Assembly: GCF_036971445.1 (NCBI RefSeq)
Contig: NC_091471.1
Location: 26,536,001-26,600,000, forward strand
From: Narcine bancroftii
Lineage: Eukaryota
Length of the DNA: 64,000 nt
Direction of reading: 5' to 3'
Shown here: positions 1 through 11,249 of the stretch, in pieces
How positions within the stretch are numbered: position 1 is the stretch's first letter
How the letters are laid out: each line of letters begins with the position of its first letter
Notes under the pieces: generated by a model
What the model was told of the DNA's origin: nothing
Database searches by the model: none
The model's input: only the letters and a program-made list of their open reading frames with translations
Position numbers and translations under genes: made by a program

Positions 1-600
1 TACTGAGTCAGTTGATCAGTGAGGGGATGACGTTGTTTCCAATTAGTACTGATTGCAGTCTTCTGATATAAAGTCAAGGATCCAGTTGTAGAGTGGAGTT
101 CAGAGGCCTAGAGTTTGTAACTTCTTAACCAGCACCGAGGGAATAATGGTATTGAAGGCCAAGCTGCAGTCTATGAAGAGCAGCCATATGTATGAATTGC
201 TGTTTACGAGGTGATCCAGAGCTGAGTGGAGAGCCAAAGATATTGCATGTGCTGTGAAGTGGGTCCAGATCTTTATTTAGGTATGTGTTAATTCTGGCCA
301 TGACCAGCCTCTCAAAACATTTCATCACAGTAGAAGTTAGTCCTACTGGGCGGTAGTCGTTGAAGCAGCTCACTCTACTCTTCTTGGGTACCGGGATGAT
401 TGATGGCCTTTTGAAGCTGGTGGGAACCTCTGTCACAATGAGGTTGAAAATGACTGTGAACACTCCGGCTAGTTGGTTGGCACAGATTTTCAATACCCTG
501 CCAGGTACACGGTCAGGGCCTGATGCCTTTCAAGGGTTCACTCTCTTGAATGATGTTCTGACATCGCCCTCAGAGATCGATATCACAGGGTCCTCAGCAT
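1..600 (-). mobile_element. Rex/Babar- or L2-like LINE RT fragment
   Basis: ORF 125..493: [33 protein letters not shown]; frameshifted. Confidence 0.8.
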
Positions 601-616
601 TTTATGGGATTCTAAG

Positions 617-1330
617 TGTTACAGGATCAAACCAGCAACCACAAAGAAGGCATATCACACAGGGGTAAAGATGAACAATTACTTTATTAACAAAAATTCA
701 CCTTCAAACTTTAATTCAAAATCCCCCCTTTTATAACAATGCCCTCTGGTTACTATGCAAATTTCTATAACAGTGTAAAACTAATAAATTTCTCAGCCTA
801 AATATAACATATGTAATTAAAGTCTAAGTTATGATTCCAACCAGCCCACAGATAAACTTAGACACAAAACACACAAGACTCACAAAACTTCGATCTCAAC
901 CGAAGCAAAGATCATAAACAAAATTCAGTTTGTTTGGTAAACTGAAGCCAAAAGATCTTTGAGAGAGAGCACAAAATTCGAAGTTGTCTTCTTCTGTTGC
1001 TTGCAGAGAGAGAAACAATGGCTTGGTCTAGATCCTTCTGGCTGCCTTCAGAATGTTCATCCCTTTTTGAAATCCCAACATTCTAAACTGTCCTCCAGAC
1101 CATGACTCATGCTCTGGGCCTTCTTCCACTCCACAGCACCCCCAGTGGTGGTTTATCATCTAAGTCCAGAAATTTTTAGATCATTTTCTGCACATGCTCA
1201 GTCTGTCTCCCACTCTCTCAGCAGTCCACCTTCACCTTGGTGAAACTTAGGAGAAACCTAAGGCAAACTGTCATTTTTCAACACAAAACCACACAACACA
1301 TAGGCCAATACACAACACAGAACTCTAACA
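617..1330 (-). mobile_element. Solo LTR
   Basis: TGTTACAG...CTCTAACA inverted termini; layout resembles the other LTRs; TSD not clean (TAAG/ATAG). Confidence 0.6.
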
Positions 1331-1344
1331 ATAGGCATTGTTTG

Positions 1345-1545
1345 GTTTTAGCCTTGTAGGTATATTGGCACATGTAAGTTGGTCTTACAAGAAGCATTTT
1401 TGTTGTTATAACAAAAAGGTCATTTTTATAAAAAAATAAATTTCTGCTGATACACTGCACAAAAATGTTATAGATAGTCATTTTGGTGTCACCCCCTTTG
1501 ATGGTGTCACCCAGTGTGGTCCGCACCTTGTGATGCCAGTGCTGA
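1345..1545. mobile_element. DNA transposon/MITE remnant (hAT-like)
   Basis: Repeated GGTGTCACCC subterminal motifs ending in gatgccagtg. Confidence 0.4.
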
Positions 1546-1934
1546 AGAGACACAAACATCCCCATCTTTACAGAAGCTAACAGATTTTTTTATAAAAAGA
1601 CATCCTCTTTGCAATTTTTTCACGTGAGATTCATGACTTACTCACTGGATATTACTTCTTCAATAGATTGCTCACTCCTTTCAAGAATAAGTGGAGATTT
1701 ATTTTGCACATCTTTGGGGCACGAGCTAAATTTCTACCTTTATTTTGTTATCTCTAATAAAATAAACTATTTGCTAATTGCATTCATTAACAACATTCAA
1801 TATTTATCAATTTTAAATAATAATAAAAAAAACAGCTGGCTGCTTTATACTGCATTTACATTGCAAGTTTAGTGCTGCCATAATTTAGATTCAGGAACTT
1901 AATGTGACCATTCAATAAGAGTTAAACAAACATC

Positions 1935-4430
1935 TGCAGACACAAAAATGCTGGAGGAAGTTAGCAGATCACACAGCATTCTTTATAGTGTTATGAGCCC
2001 AAAGGACCCCAAAACCCAGCAGCAATAGACATTCATCAAGACAAGTGGCTTTCAAAACAAGTTATTTTTAATCAACTTCAAACATGAAAATAGAATCAAA
2101 CTTAAACTTAACTCTATACTTATACTAACCCAAATTATCCCCTTCTAATTCTAAGTGCACATGTATGTAATGTGTGTGTGTGGATTTAAGAAAAGTTCTT
2201 TGGTTCACAGTTCAATCTCACTTCTCCTTCTTCCAAGTTCTCTGGTTGCAGGCAATCACCATACTGTGCACAGAATTTAACATGTATAAAGTTCACCAGG
2301 CTTGGTGCTTGAAAGGTAAATGTTTAGTGCTCAGGAAGGTTCTTGTAGGGTTTGCAGAGAGAGATATTTGTTGCTCCAGGATTTCCACAACTGAGGTACC
2401 ATCACTAGTCACCTCAGGGTCTCGCTGATGAAACTTGCCCCATCAGGGTCTTCCAGATGGTAACCTCTTTCTTCAAGCTACCACAGAGTTCCATTCCTTC
2501 CTCCATTTCAAGAGAAACATCAGACAGATAGCACGTCTAGCCATCTACTGTTCTGGAACTTGCTTTCATCAGTTTCAAACAGTTTTCCCTGGATCGCACT
2601 TTTTGGTTACATGTCGGTGTCCCCACACACTGACTGACTGAGCTGTTAATTCGACTCTCTCTCTTTTCCAACTGAAACTCCAAAAAGAGCATGTGACTCA
2701 TATCTTGCAAAACCCCCACCTTCTCCAGCAAACAACAGGAGTTCCTTTTTCTTCTCAAGTTGTTATCTTAGGTAAACAATCCAGGAGTGAACTTTCTGTG
2801 CACTCTGGCAAAACCCTTGAAAAGAGCTTCCACTAGTCACTGTGTCTCCAATTCCAAACAATGGTCATTCATTTTATGATGTCAGTTCAGAAAGGTGCTT
2901 ACATTCTCCGGAGATCTTCAGTATTTCTTCAGTCTTTCAAATAAGATCAGTTTTAAAATGTGTGTATACATGTGACCTACTCTAAATCTTATAAATTTTC
3001 CCCAAATATTGATATTGTTACAATAGCAAAGGTATATAACCAACATTTTGGGCCTGAACGCTTCATCAAGGTACATCTGAGGGTGAGCTGAATAGAAACT
3101 GGAGAAGTCAATGTTAATACAATCTGACAGAGAGTGCCCAGATTGGTTATTAGGAGTTATTCATTCAACTGTGGGTGGCTTCAGTTTGGCAATTCACGAG
3201 GCCGTGGACATGTCAATGTGGGAATGGGGCATGGAACTAAAATAGTTGGCCACTGGGAAGTCAGCGCTGTTGCAACAGAGCAAAGGTGCTCAATGAAATG
3301 ATCTCCCAGTCTGCGTCTAGTCTCTCCCACGTACAAAAGGCCACAATGGAAGTACCAGATGCAGTACATGACCCTTGCAGGTTCACAAATGAAGTATTGC
3401 TTCACTTGGAAGGACCTTCTGGGGCCTTAAATGGTGGCGAGAGTGGTTTGGGTGCAAGTGTTGCATTTCTTACAGTCACAAGTACCTATCAAGGGCATGA
3501 TTAGTGGGAAAAGATGAGTGGACAAGGGAGTAACAGAGGGAGCAGTCCCTGCAGAAGGAAGAGAAGGGAAGATGTGTCATAGTGGGATCACATTATAGGT
3601 CATAAAAATTGCAGAGGATAGTACATTAGATGCAGAGGTTGATTGGGAAAAGGGAAATTCTGTCCTCGTTACGTCCAGGGCAGACATGCTGGAAATGGAG
3701 ATTCAGGTAAGGGCTGAGTTGTTGGTGGTAGAGGGGAAACCACATCTTTTGAAGAAGGAGGCCATCTCAGATGATCTGGAATGGATTGCCTCATCTGGGA
3801 GCAGATTCAAAGATTCCTTTTATTGTCACCAAAGAGAAGCAAAGAGTCCCTTCAGAGACCATGTCCAATTCACCACCAGCACTCCTGCAGCCTCTGAAGC
3901 CACACAGACTCCAAATCAGCAAACTGAGCTCAAGATCAAACCTTTGATCCAATCAGGAAGCCTTCATCACCCAAGGTAATTTGGGAGCCCTTCTTGCCCT
4001 CAACACACTCTTGAATCCTAGTTCAATACCTGGTTTCCATGAGCCTGTCTCCAGCAGCCCACAGCCTGTGGGAGTCCTTCGACCACAAGACACCAACCAT
4101 CTTTGTGGGTCCTTCAGCCGCTGAACTCTTTGCTGATCTGTTGCTGTGGTCACTATGCTTCTCCTTCTCAATGGGTGAGTGGAGGAGGGTGTTGAGAAAT
4201 AAGAGCTTGGAGACCTTCAGATTGAGACCTTCAGATGGAGGTGTATGGCAATTGGACAGCCATGGTGAAAATGTGGCGGTCAAGTTCAGGGAACTGGAAT
4301 TTGTTAAAGTGATGGATGATATGTGAGGCACCTCAACTATAGACAGGGAGGGACTAGACCCATTGGGATAAAATGGAGATGAAGCAAGATGATACCAGTT
4401 CAGCAGGGCAGGAACACACAGAAACACTTG
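1935..4430 (-). mobile_element. Decayed Penelope-like element, interrupted by an LTR (1989-3022) and an insert (about 3805-4170)
   Basis: GIY-YIG remnant YCIWYFHCGLLYVGETRRRLGDHFIEHL (3181..3405); terminal motif aaatgctggaggaa..agcag..cagcat. Confidence 0.75.
1989..3022 (-). mobile_element. Solo LTR (probably Gmr1/Gypsy-type)
   Basis: TGTTA...TTACA termini with exact 4-bp TSD ATAG (1985-1988 and 3023-3026); homologous to copies at 9621, 23768 and 42327. Confidence 0.85.
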
Positions 4431-4583
4431 TGGATCTTTAGATCAGATTTGTGTCTTAAATAATAGTGGAAGGAAGTGGAAAATCATATCTAAATATTGT
4501 AAAAAGGAAAAACTTGGAGATGATACCCCCTTAACCTATATCACCTGGTTTTACAACAGGCAAAGGAACATCATATATGTGAT

Positions 4584-5040
4584 TATAGTGAGCTGCTCTG
4601 ATCCACAAGTGAATCAGATCAGAGGTGCAGGCACTCAGCTGACATAACAATAGTCCTGGTGGGAAGTGGTGCTGATAAGCTCTCGGACAGTTCCAGTAGT
4701 CAGTTGGTTAGTTCAACTCACTCACAGCTTCTTTGTGATTTGTTTTTCTTTCATTCACTGCACAACACACAGACCTCAGTGATAACCCCAACGTGATGTC
4801 AGCCCAGTGCTCCTTGGCATCCACTCAGCACCGAAGGAGGATTTTGCCATGTCCTCCAATGAGCTTGTCTATGGGGTCCCGCTGACAGTCCCAGGAGTTT
4901 GTGCCAGCAGCTCGTGGCCAGGAGGAAACAGCTACAGCCCTGCTAATGCGACTTTGCGAGGTGGGCACCTTGGCTCCTCTACCAACCTCACACCATAGTC
5001 CAGCTCCATCCTACATCCCAAAGGATCTTGAAGACTGCTT
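4584..5040 (+). mobile_element. Internally deleted Gypsy: short LTR, tRNA-Trp-like PBS, integrase C-terminal remnant
   Basis: tgataaccccaacgtgat (4780-4797) resembles TGGTGACCCCGACGTGAT; then LLGIHSAPKEDFAMSSNELVYGVPLTVPG, homologous to the integrase at 34177..35022. Confidence 0.65.
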
Positions 5041-5199
5041 TGGTGTTTTTTTTTTCTTTTGTTCACTACACAGCACACAAACCACATTACATTTTTTTTA
5101 ATATATTACTACATGACAATAAAAAGAACTTTGAATACTTGGTATGGCTTGATGAAGGGTTCCAGCCTGAGACATTGACCAGTTTGATAAATTGGGGCA

Positions 5200-5461
5200 G
5201 GGTTTTTACTGGAGGTCGCATACAAATTCTTTAAAACAGATCTTATTTAAAATACTGGAGCTCTGCTCATGCTAGACATGTTGGGACCAACAGTCTTTGC
5301 AAAAGCTTTGGAGGGTACCCAAGAGACTTCAGTAATGGGTTGTTGTTTACAAAAGGGCAACAGATGAAAGAGCTTGTCGGAGCCGCATTCTGTCTGGAGT
5401 GGAACATGCTGTTCTAGGAAGGTCATGTGGTTTTGCAAGCAGAGAGTAAAACATGCTTTCT

Positions 5462-5553
<92 letters not shown>

Positions 5554-5850
5554 AGTTCTACAGTTTTCCAGTCAGCAGCAGCAACTGGAACAGGATAAGC
5601 TGGCAAGCTTGTGGAAATCCCCATTTGGAAGATGGGTTGTGAGTGCTTAGTTCAGCCTGGTCAAAGCCCTTGTGCTTCATGCAAGAGGAGAGGACTGGCT
5701 GTCTAATTTTTCACTTGAAATCGGAGAAACAAAAAGACTCTCTATCTGGTGACCTGAAAGAAAGATGTTATCATCTGGAGAACCTTGAGGGGGCAAATTT
5801 CATCAGCAAGACATTGAGGTGGCTGGAAAAAAAAGGAATCAGTTGTGAGT
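5200..5850 (+). mobile_element. Truncated LTR of the same family as 9621-10703
   Basis: Shared blocks tgtggttttgcaagcag, gctggcaagctt, ccccatttggaaga, ggtgacctg. Confidence 0.75.
5465..5551. repeat. (AG)n microsatellite, about 43 units
   Basis: Perfect dinucleotide run inside the LTR. Confidence 0.98.
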
Positions 5851-6109
5851 GTCCAGGTTATTCGGCACGTATACTGCAAGTGACGCCTACCACGCAGGAG
5901 TAGGTTTGAGTAATCTCATGTTTTCCCTAAGATGATCACTATAACTAGCCGGATCATGGCAAATGTTTGCTCCACGTAGATATATTCCCACCTGCTGCCA
6001 ATGCTACCTTTGACTGCCAATGGAAACGCTCAACGTAGTGCGAATAAGAGTTGTGCCCAGATCAGTGAGAGTTCAGAAGAACATTGATTTGAACTGAGAT
6101 CAACAATCT

Positions 6110-6123
6110 GTTGTCATAGCAAC
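6110..6123. promoter_or_regulatory. Candidate RFX X-box
   Basis: GTTGTCATAGCAAC matches GTTGCCATGGCAAC at 12/14; a second CCTAGCAAC half-site at about 6163-6171. Confidence 0.35.
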
Positions 6124-6507
6124 CAAAGCACCAAAAGATGGAATCCAAAGATCCACGAAAGCCCTAGCAACCATCTCTGCAGCAAGGTCAGTGACTGGAA
6201 TGCCCTTCTGCCACCTGTTCACATGTGAGCAGATAAGTTCAGCACTCCCACTGTTGCCACTCAACCCACTGAGTTCCTCCAGTAAATTGTTTTTGTTTCA
6301 GATTCCAGCATCTGCAGTTCTATCCTCATTTAGCAAGTCTGCTGCACTTCAATACAAGTGCATAAAAAGCTAGGTTTCCTTTCCTCATTTTTGAATCTTC
6401 AGAAATGCATTCTGTGCAACTGTTTATCCTGATTTGTTGAGATTTCTACAAAAAAAAAGAATAAATGCCAAAGGGAACAGAAGCAAAGAACCACAAAAAG
6501 TGGAACC

Positions 6508-6513
6508 TTTATT
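6508..6513 (-). terminator. Candidate distal polyadenylation signal AATAAA
   Basis: Minus strand AATAAA followed by a GU/U-rich element (ctttttgtggttctttgcttctgtt). Confidence 0.4.
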
Positions 6514-6699
6514 CCAGCATAAACACAATTAAATGAACTACTGATCTTATCCTCTATCATAAGAGCATCATGTTATATAGCATATTCCATTTGCAAAATG
6601 CACTAGAGTTACCTGGGCTACACTCAAATATGAGACTAATATCACCAAGGATAAAGCCTTCAGGTGCATGGAAGCATCATCACCTGCAGATCATCCTTC

Positions 6700-7095
6700 A
6701 ATAAACTCCAGAGGGTTGTTAACTCGGCCTGCGACATCACAAGCACCAGACTTCACTCCATTGAAGACATCTACATAAGGCGGTATCTTAAAAAAAAGCA
6801 GCCTCCATCTTCAAAATTGCCACCACCACCCAGGCGACGTCCTCTACACTCTGCTACTTTCGGGAAAAAGGTACAGGAGCCTAAAGACAAAGACTCAATG
6901 GCACAAGAACAGCTTCTTCACCGCTGCCAACAGATTCCTGAATAATCAGTGAACCAAAGACAGTGCCTTACATTTCGTGCACTATATATTTTTTTTAATA
7001 GTATGGTTTTAAAATGGTTATAATTTGAATGTTTGCATTATGGTACTCCCACAAAACACTGAATTTCATGACTTGTTAATGACAACAAATTCTGA
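6700..7095 (+). mobile_element. Rex/Babar- or L2-like LINE 3' end
   Basis: KLQRVVNSACDITSTRLHSIEDIY; ends with gacaacaaattctga. Confidence 0.7.
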
Positions 7096-7559
7096 TGTTG
7101 TCCATCATCCTAACTTGGATACTTATAATCACCCTTTGATTGTTGCTGAATGGGTCAAGAAGCCAGCTTTATAAGATCATTAAGATAATGGACAATAAAG
7201 GCTTGCTTTATCTAGCTCATTACTACCAACTTAGAAGTACTTTTCCCAGTCTGTCAAGATTGTAGCAAACACACTTTTCAAACCAACTGAAGCTAACTAG
7301 ATTTTTGAACCTTGAATTAGTTATATATCTTGGAATGTGGTGTGCTGACATCCATAAATTCCAGGAGCAGATTTAAACATAATTCCAGGAGGTTGGTGAA
7401 GCCACTGTCTTCTTAATGTGAAATTTATCCAGAAACTCTGAACAATAGTTTTTGTAAAAAATTGCACCAGTATTCTTGTGTGTTCCCTTCCAATATTAAA
7501 ATTACAGATGTTCTACTACCAAGAAAATTGGCGATCTAAACCCAAAATGGTATTTCTGC

Positions 7560-8628
7560 GTCTCAGATTATGGCATTTAATGTACAATGACAACATACAA
7601 CTTGAATAACTGCAGCAATTTGCAACAATAATGCTGGATTAGAAGAAAATTTACGTTAAATTTCACAAATATCAGAATTATACAACCATTTCAGAACTCC
7701 TTTCCAAAGTGCATTTTTCAGTATTAAATTAATTTCTAGAATAAAGCATGAAGAATATATTGAACAATAGCAATTAAAATTAAATTTTACCCATCATTTA
7801 CGAGGATAATACAAATTTGTCTATCCTTCAGTAGAACATGGTACTCAGCTCAGTGACAAAATACATAAACATTTGGTATAGAACTTGTGTTTAATAAGAT
7901 TTTTCAGTTTTATAATAAGTATTGGACATGGTACCATACATGTAACTAAATTAACTACATGAAGCAAAAATTATACACGCCTATCCTTCATGCATTGTTT
8001 CTGCCCCCATGCCAATACTTTACTAGTTCACTTTCTATGCAAATGTAGTTTAAATTTACAAAAAAAATTAAATAATAAACCCTGGGAGCTTTATATGTGC
8101 TCAGTCAACATGTGAGTTTTGCGCCAAATTATGACAAAAAAGTGAAAATATATCAGCTATCTAGTCAAACCAATGTAGAAATGTATGCAAACATTGCCAG
8201 TAGTTATTGTATACTCATACATTCAGTTTTTTAATATTTTTAAAGAATAAAAAATCACATAACTTTAAAAAAAATCAAATTTAACCCATGTAATGAGAAA
8301 GATACTATGAAGAATCATATCAAAAGCATTGCTCGTTGGTGATTACATATTCATTTAAGTTAAAAAAAAATGCACTGCTAGTATTGTCTCAGTACAAAAT
8401 AACTGCATGAAATGGTGAGTGCTGGTGTATCCACTTGATCAAATACCAAGACCAAGTTCAAAAGCCCTATTGCAACTAATTTATATCCAGTAGTTTTCAT
8501 CTTTTCTCCATCCCAAATACACACTGGCATGTAAACACTGTTCTACAAATTAGTAAGCATTAGTCCATCAGAACAATGCAGCTTGCAGTGCCCGGAATTC
8601 CCAAACCATCTCTCACATCACAATATCT
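7560..8628 (-). other. Probable RMND5A 3' UTR
   Basis: AT-rich stretch free of recognisable repeats after the stop codon; candidate ATTAAA signal at 7576-7581 on the minus strand. Confidence 0.6.
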
Positions 8629-8692
8629 TCAAAAGAAGATCTGTTTTGCGTCTGCTGGTGCTTGTTCCATTGGACAGTAAGGGCATTTTAAT
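8629..8692 (-). CDS. RMND5A: RMND5A exon 9 coding part (64 nt including TGA)
   Basis: cag|A TTA AAA TGC...; LKCPYCPMEQAPADAKQIFF*; the DAKQIFF end matches RMND5A rather than RMND5B (DGKRIIF). Confidence 0.95.
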
Positions 8693-9620
8693 CTGGGAAG
8701 TGAACACATTCAAAATTAATTCAAAAAATCATTAACAAAATAAGGTCAAAGTAGTCTGCAATAACTCAAATAAACAAATGGGATCATCTCACAACTGTAT
8801 ATGGATTGCAACAAAGATATGTTACTACCTTTTAATTGGTGCAGATCAGTAGTTCAATTTGGGGAATTGTGTAACAGAGCCTATCAGATTATTGCCTTTC
8901 ATTTTATCTAGGGCTCAAATGTAGTCTGGATTAAGGGATGGCAGTGGCTAATGCTAATATATAATGATCAACCCAAGTAATTTTAATCTCAATGACAAAT
9001 CGGAAATCAGATCAAAACTGCTTCAACATTACATCCCATCCTGAATAATATTGAAAATTTAAATGCAACTTTAGCACTCATTTTCCAGTTTGATCCTATC
9101 ATTATATGTCAAAGGGAATTTAAGGCAACATGGGATTTTAGATGTAGTCCCGTGTAAAATGACAGGTAAAATGACCATGCATCTGCTCAGTAAAAAGTGA
9201 TCATTGTACGATTGAATTACTCGTATAGATGGAGGGTTAAAAAGTGTTTTATGTCTAAATAACGGAGACTACAACAGGATGAGGGAGGAGTTGGCCAAAA
9301 TAAACTGGGAACATAAGCTAGTAAGGTGGAATAGTTGAGAAGTTTTAATGCTCAAAAGTATATTCCTTCCAAGGACATACTGGGAGGGAAAGCCAGCCTT
9401 GAATAAGAAAGAAAACGAAAGAAGGTATCAAATAAAAATCTCAACCATACAAAGTCCCAAAAGTAGTGGGAAACTATATTGGGAAAATTTTTAAAAGCAA
9501 CAATGAACTGCTAAGCAAGCAATAATGAAAAGAAATTAACACAGAACATAAAACAGTTAATGTTTTTATGTCTGAGGTCAACAAGGATGGTTAAAGTTGT
9601 ACAGAAAATTAGGAGGAATT

Positions 9621-10703
9621 TGTGACGGGTTAGATATTTTATATTATATATAAATGTCTTTTAAAGAGATAGATTGTGGGGGTTTAGAGTAGGTCACTTC
9701 ACAAATAGACATTAACACTTCACAAAAGAGATCCAATTTAAAATGCAAGAGCTTTCCTCAAGCTGAACACTCAGACACCAGTGATTTTGCAAAAACAATG
9801 AAAATGCATTGCTAAAGAATTTAAAAAACAAATACAAATTGAAGAATCTGGGCTCAAGAGGCTGATAAGATCTTTCAAAGATTGGGTCTGGAGCCTTGGG
9901 AGTTGTGGTTTTGCAAGCAGTGAGAGNNNNNNNNNNNNNNNNNNNNNNNNNNNNNNNNNNNNNNNNNNNNNNNNNNNNNNNNNNNNNNNNNNNNNNNNNN
10001 NNNNNNNNNNNNNNNNNNNNNNNNNNNNNNNNNNNNNNNNNNNNNNNNNNNNNNNNNNNNNNNNNNNNNNNNNNNNNNNTTGAGCCTGAAACATGAAAAG
10101 CTGGCAAGCTTGGTTGAAGACCCCATTTTGGAAGACCGGTTGTGAGTTGTGAGTTCAGCTTGTTGAAAACCCTTATGGACCTTACAAGAGGAAGTGGCTG
10201 GCTAGTGTTTCACCTGAAATAAGGGAAACAAAAGGAACTCAGTGGTGACCTGTAGAAGAGAGATTATCATTTGGAAAACCCTGATGGGGCAAAGTTTCTT
10301 CAGCAAGACACTGAAGTGGCCGATTGGAGGGAATCAGTTTGTGTGTGTCCAACAAGCAACAAATCTCTCTTTGAAACTAACTAGAACCTTCCTTTTCACT
10401 AGAGCCTGATGAAACTTCATAAATGCTAAATTCTGTGCACAGTATAAGAATTGCCTGATACCGGTGAATTTGGAGGAGTGAGAAATGAGATTGGACTGCG
10501 AATCAAATAACTTTCCTGAACATATACATATTATATATGTGTGCTTAGAATTAGAAGGGGGTTAAGGTAAGTTCATAGTAATAAGTTAAAGTTTGATCCT
10601 GTTTTTATGTTTAAAGAAAGTTAAAAATGACTTGTTTAAGTAACCATTTGTCTTGATGAATTTCTATTGCTGCTGGGTTTTGGAGTCTTCTGGGCTCATA
10701 ACA
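9621..10703 (+). mobile_element. Solo LTR containing the assembly gap
   Basis: TGTGA...ATAACA termini with exact TSD AATT. Confidence 0.85.
9927..10079. other. Assembly gap (153 N)
   Basis: Run of N. Confidence 1.
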
Positions 10704-11249
10704 AATTAATAATGCTTAATACGAAAATGTCAGAGGCCTTTGAAAAAGTATTTTGTGTCAGTCTTCAGAATAGAAGACAAAGGCATCATACTGAAGAGCA
10801 ATGTTAAGGATGGATGGAAGACGATGACCTCAATACAATTGCTATCACTAAAGATGTTCTGCTGAGTAAATTAGCAGGTTTAAAATGTAGTCAAGTCACC
10901 TGATCCTGGAGGAATGCATCACAGGGTACTGAAAGAAATTATGGCAGATATAGTATTTTAACAAAATACTCTGGCCTCTGAGCAGGTCCCAGTGGATTGA
11001 AAGACAGCAAATGTCATGTCTTTGGTGTAAAAAAGGATAAAGTCAAAAGGCAGGACCCAGCCTTTTAATAATAAGGCAGTTAGCTTAATATGTTTGAACC
11101 TATCCTGAAGGAAGAAAGAGAGTGTTGTCTGGATAGAAATTGTTCTATCAGGCAGATGCGGCATGTATCCAGGAAGGGCAGGCCACGTTTTAACAAGCTT
11201 GCTGGAATTTTCTTCAATTATATAATGAGCTCAGTGGATGGAGAATAGT

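Noticed and set aside
5374-5650. ORFs with poly-(ER) tracts
   Set aside because: Translation of the (AG)n microsatellite inside an LTR.
1-8600. Exons of a neighbouring gene such as CD8A
   Set aside because: No recognisable Ig-domain or other host coding sequence.
9712-10126. ORFs of up to 131 aa
   Set aside because: They only span the N gap.
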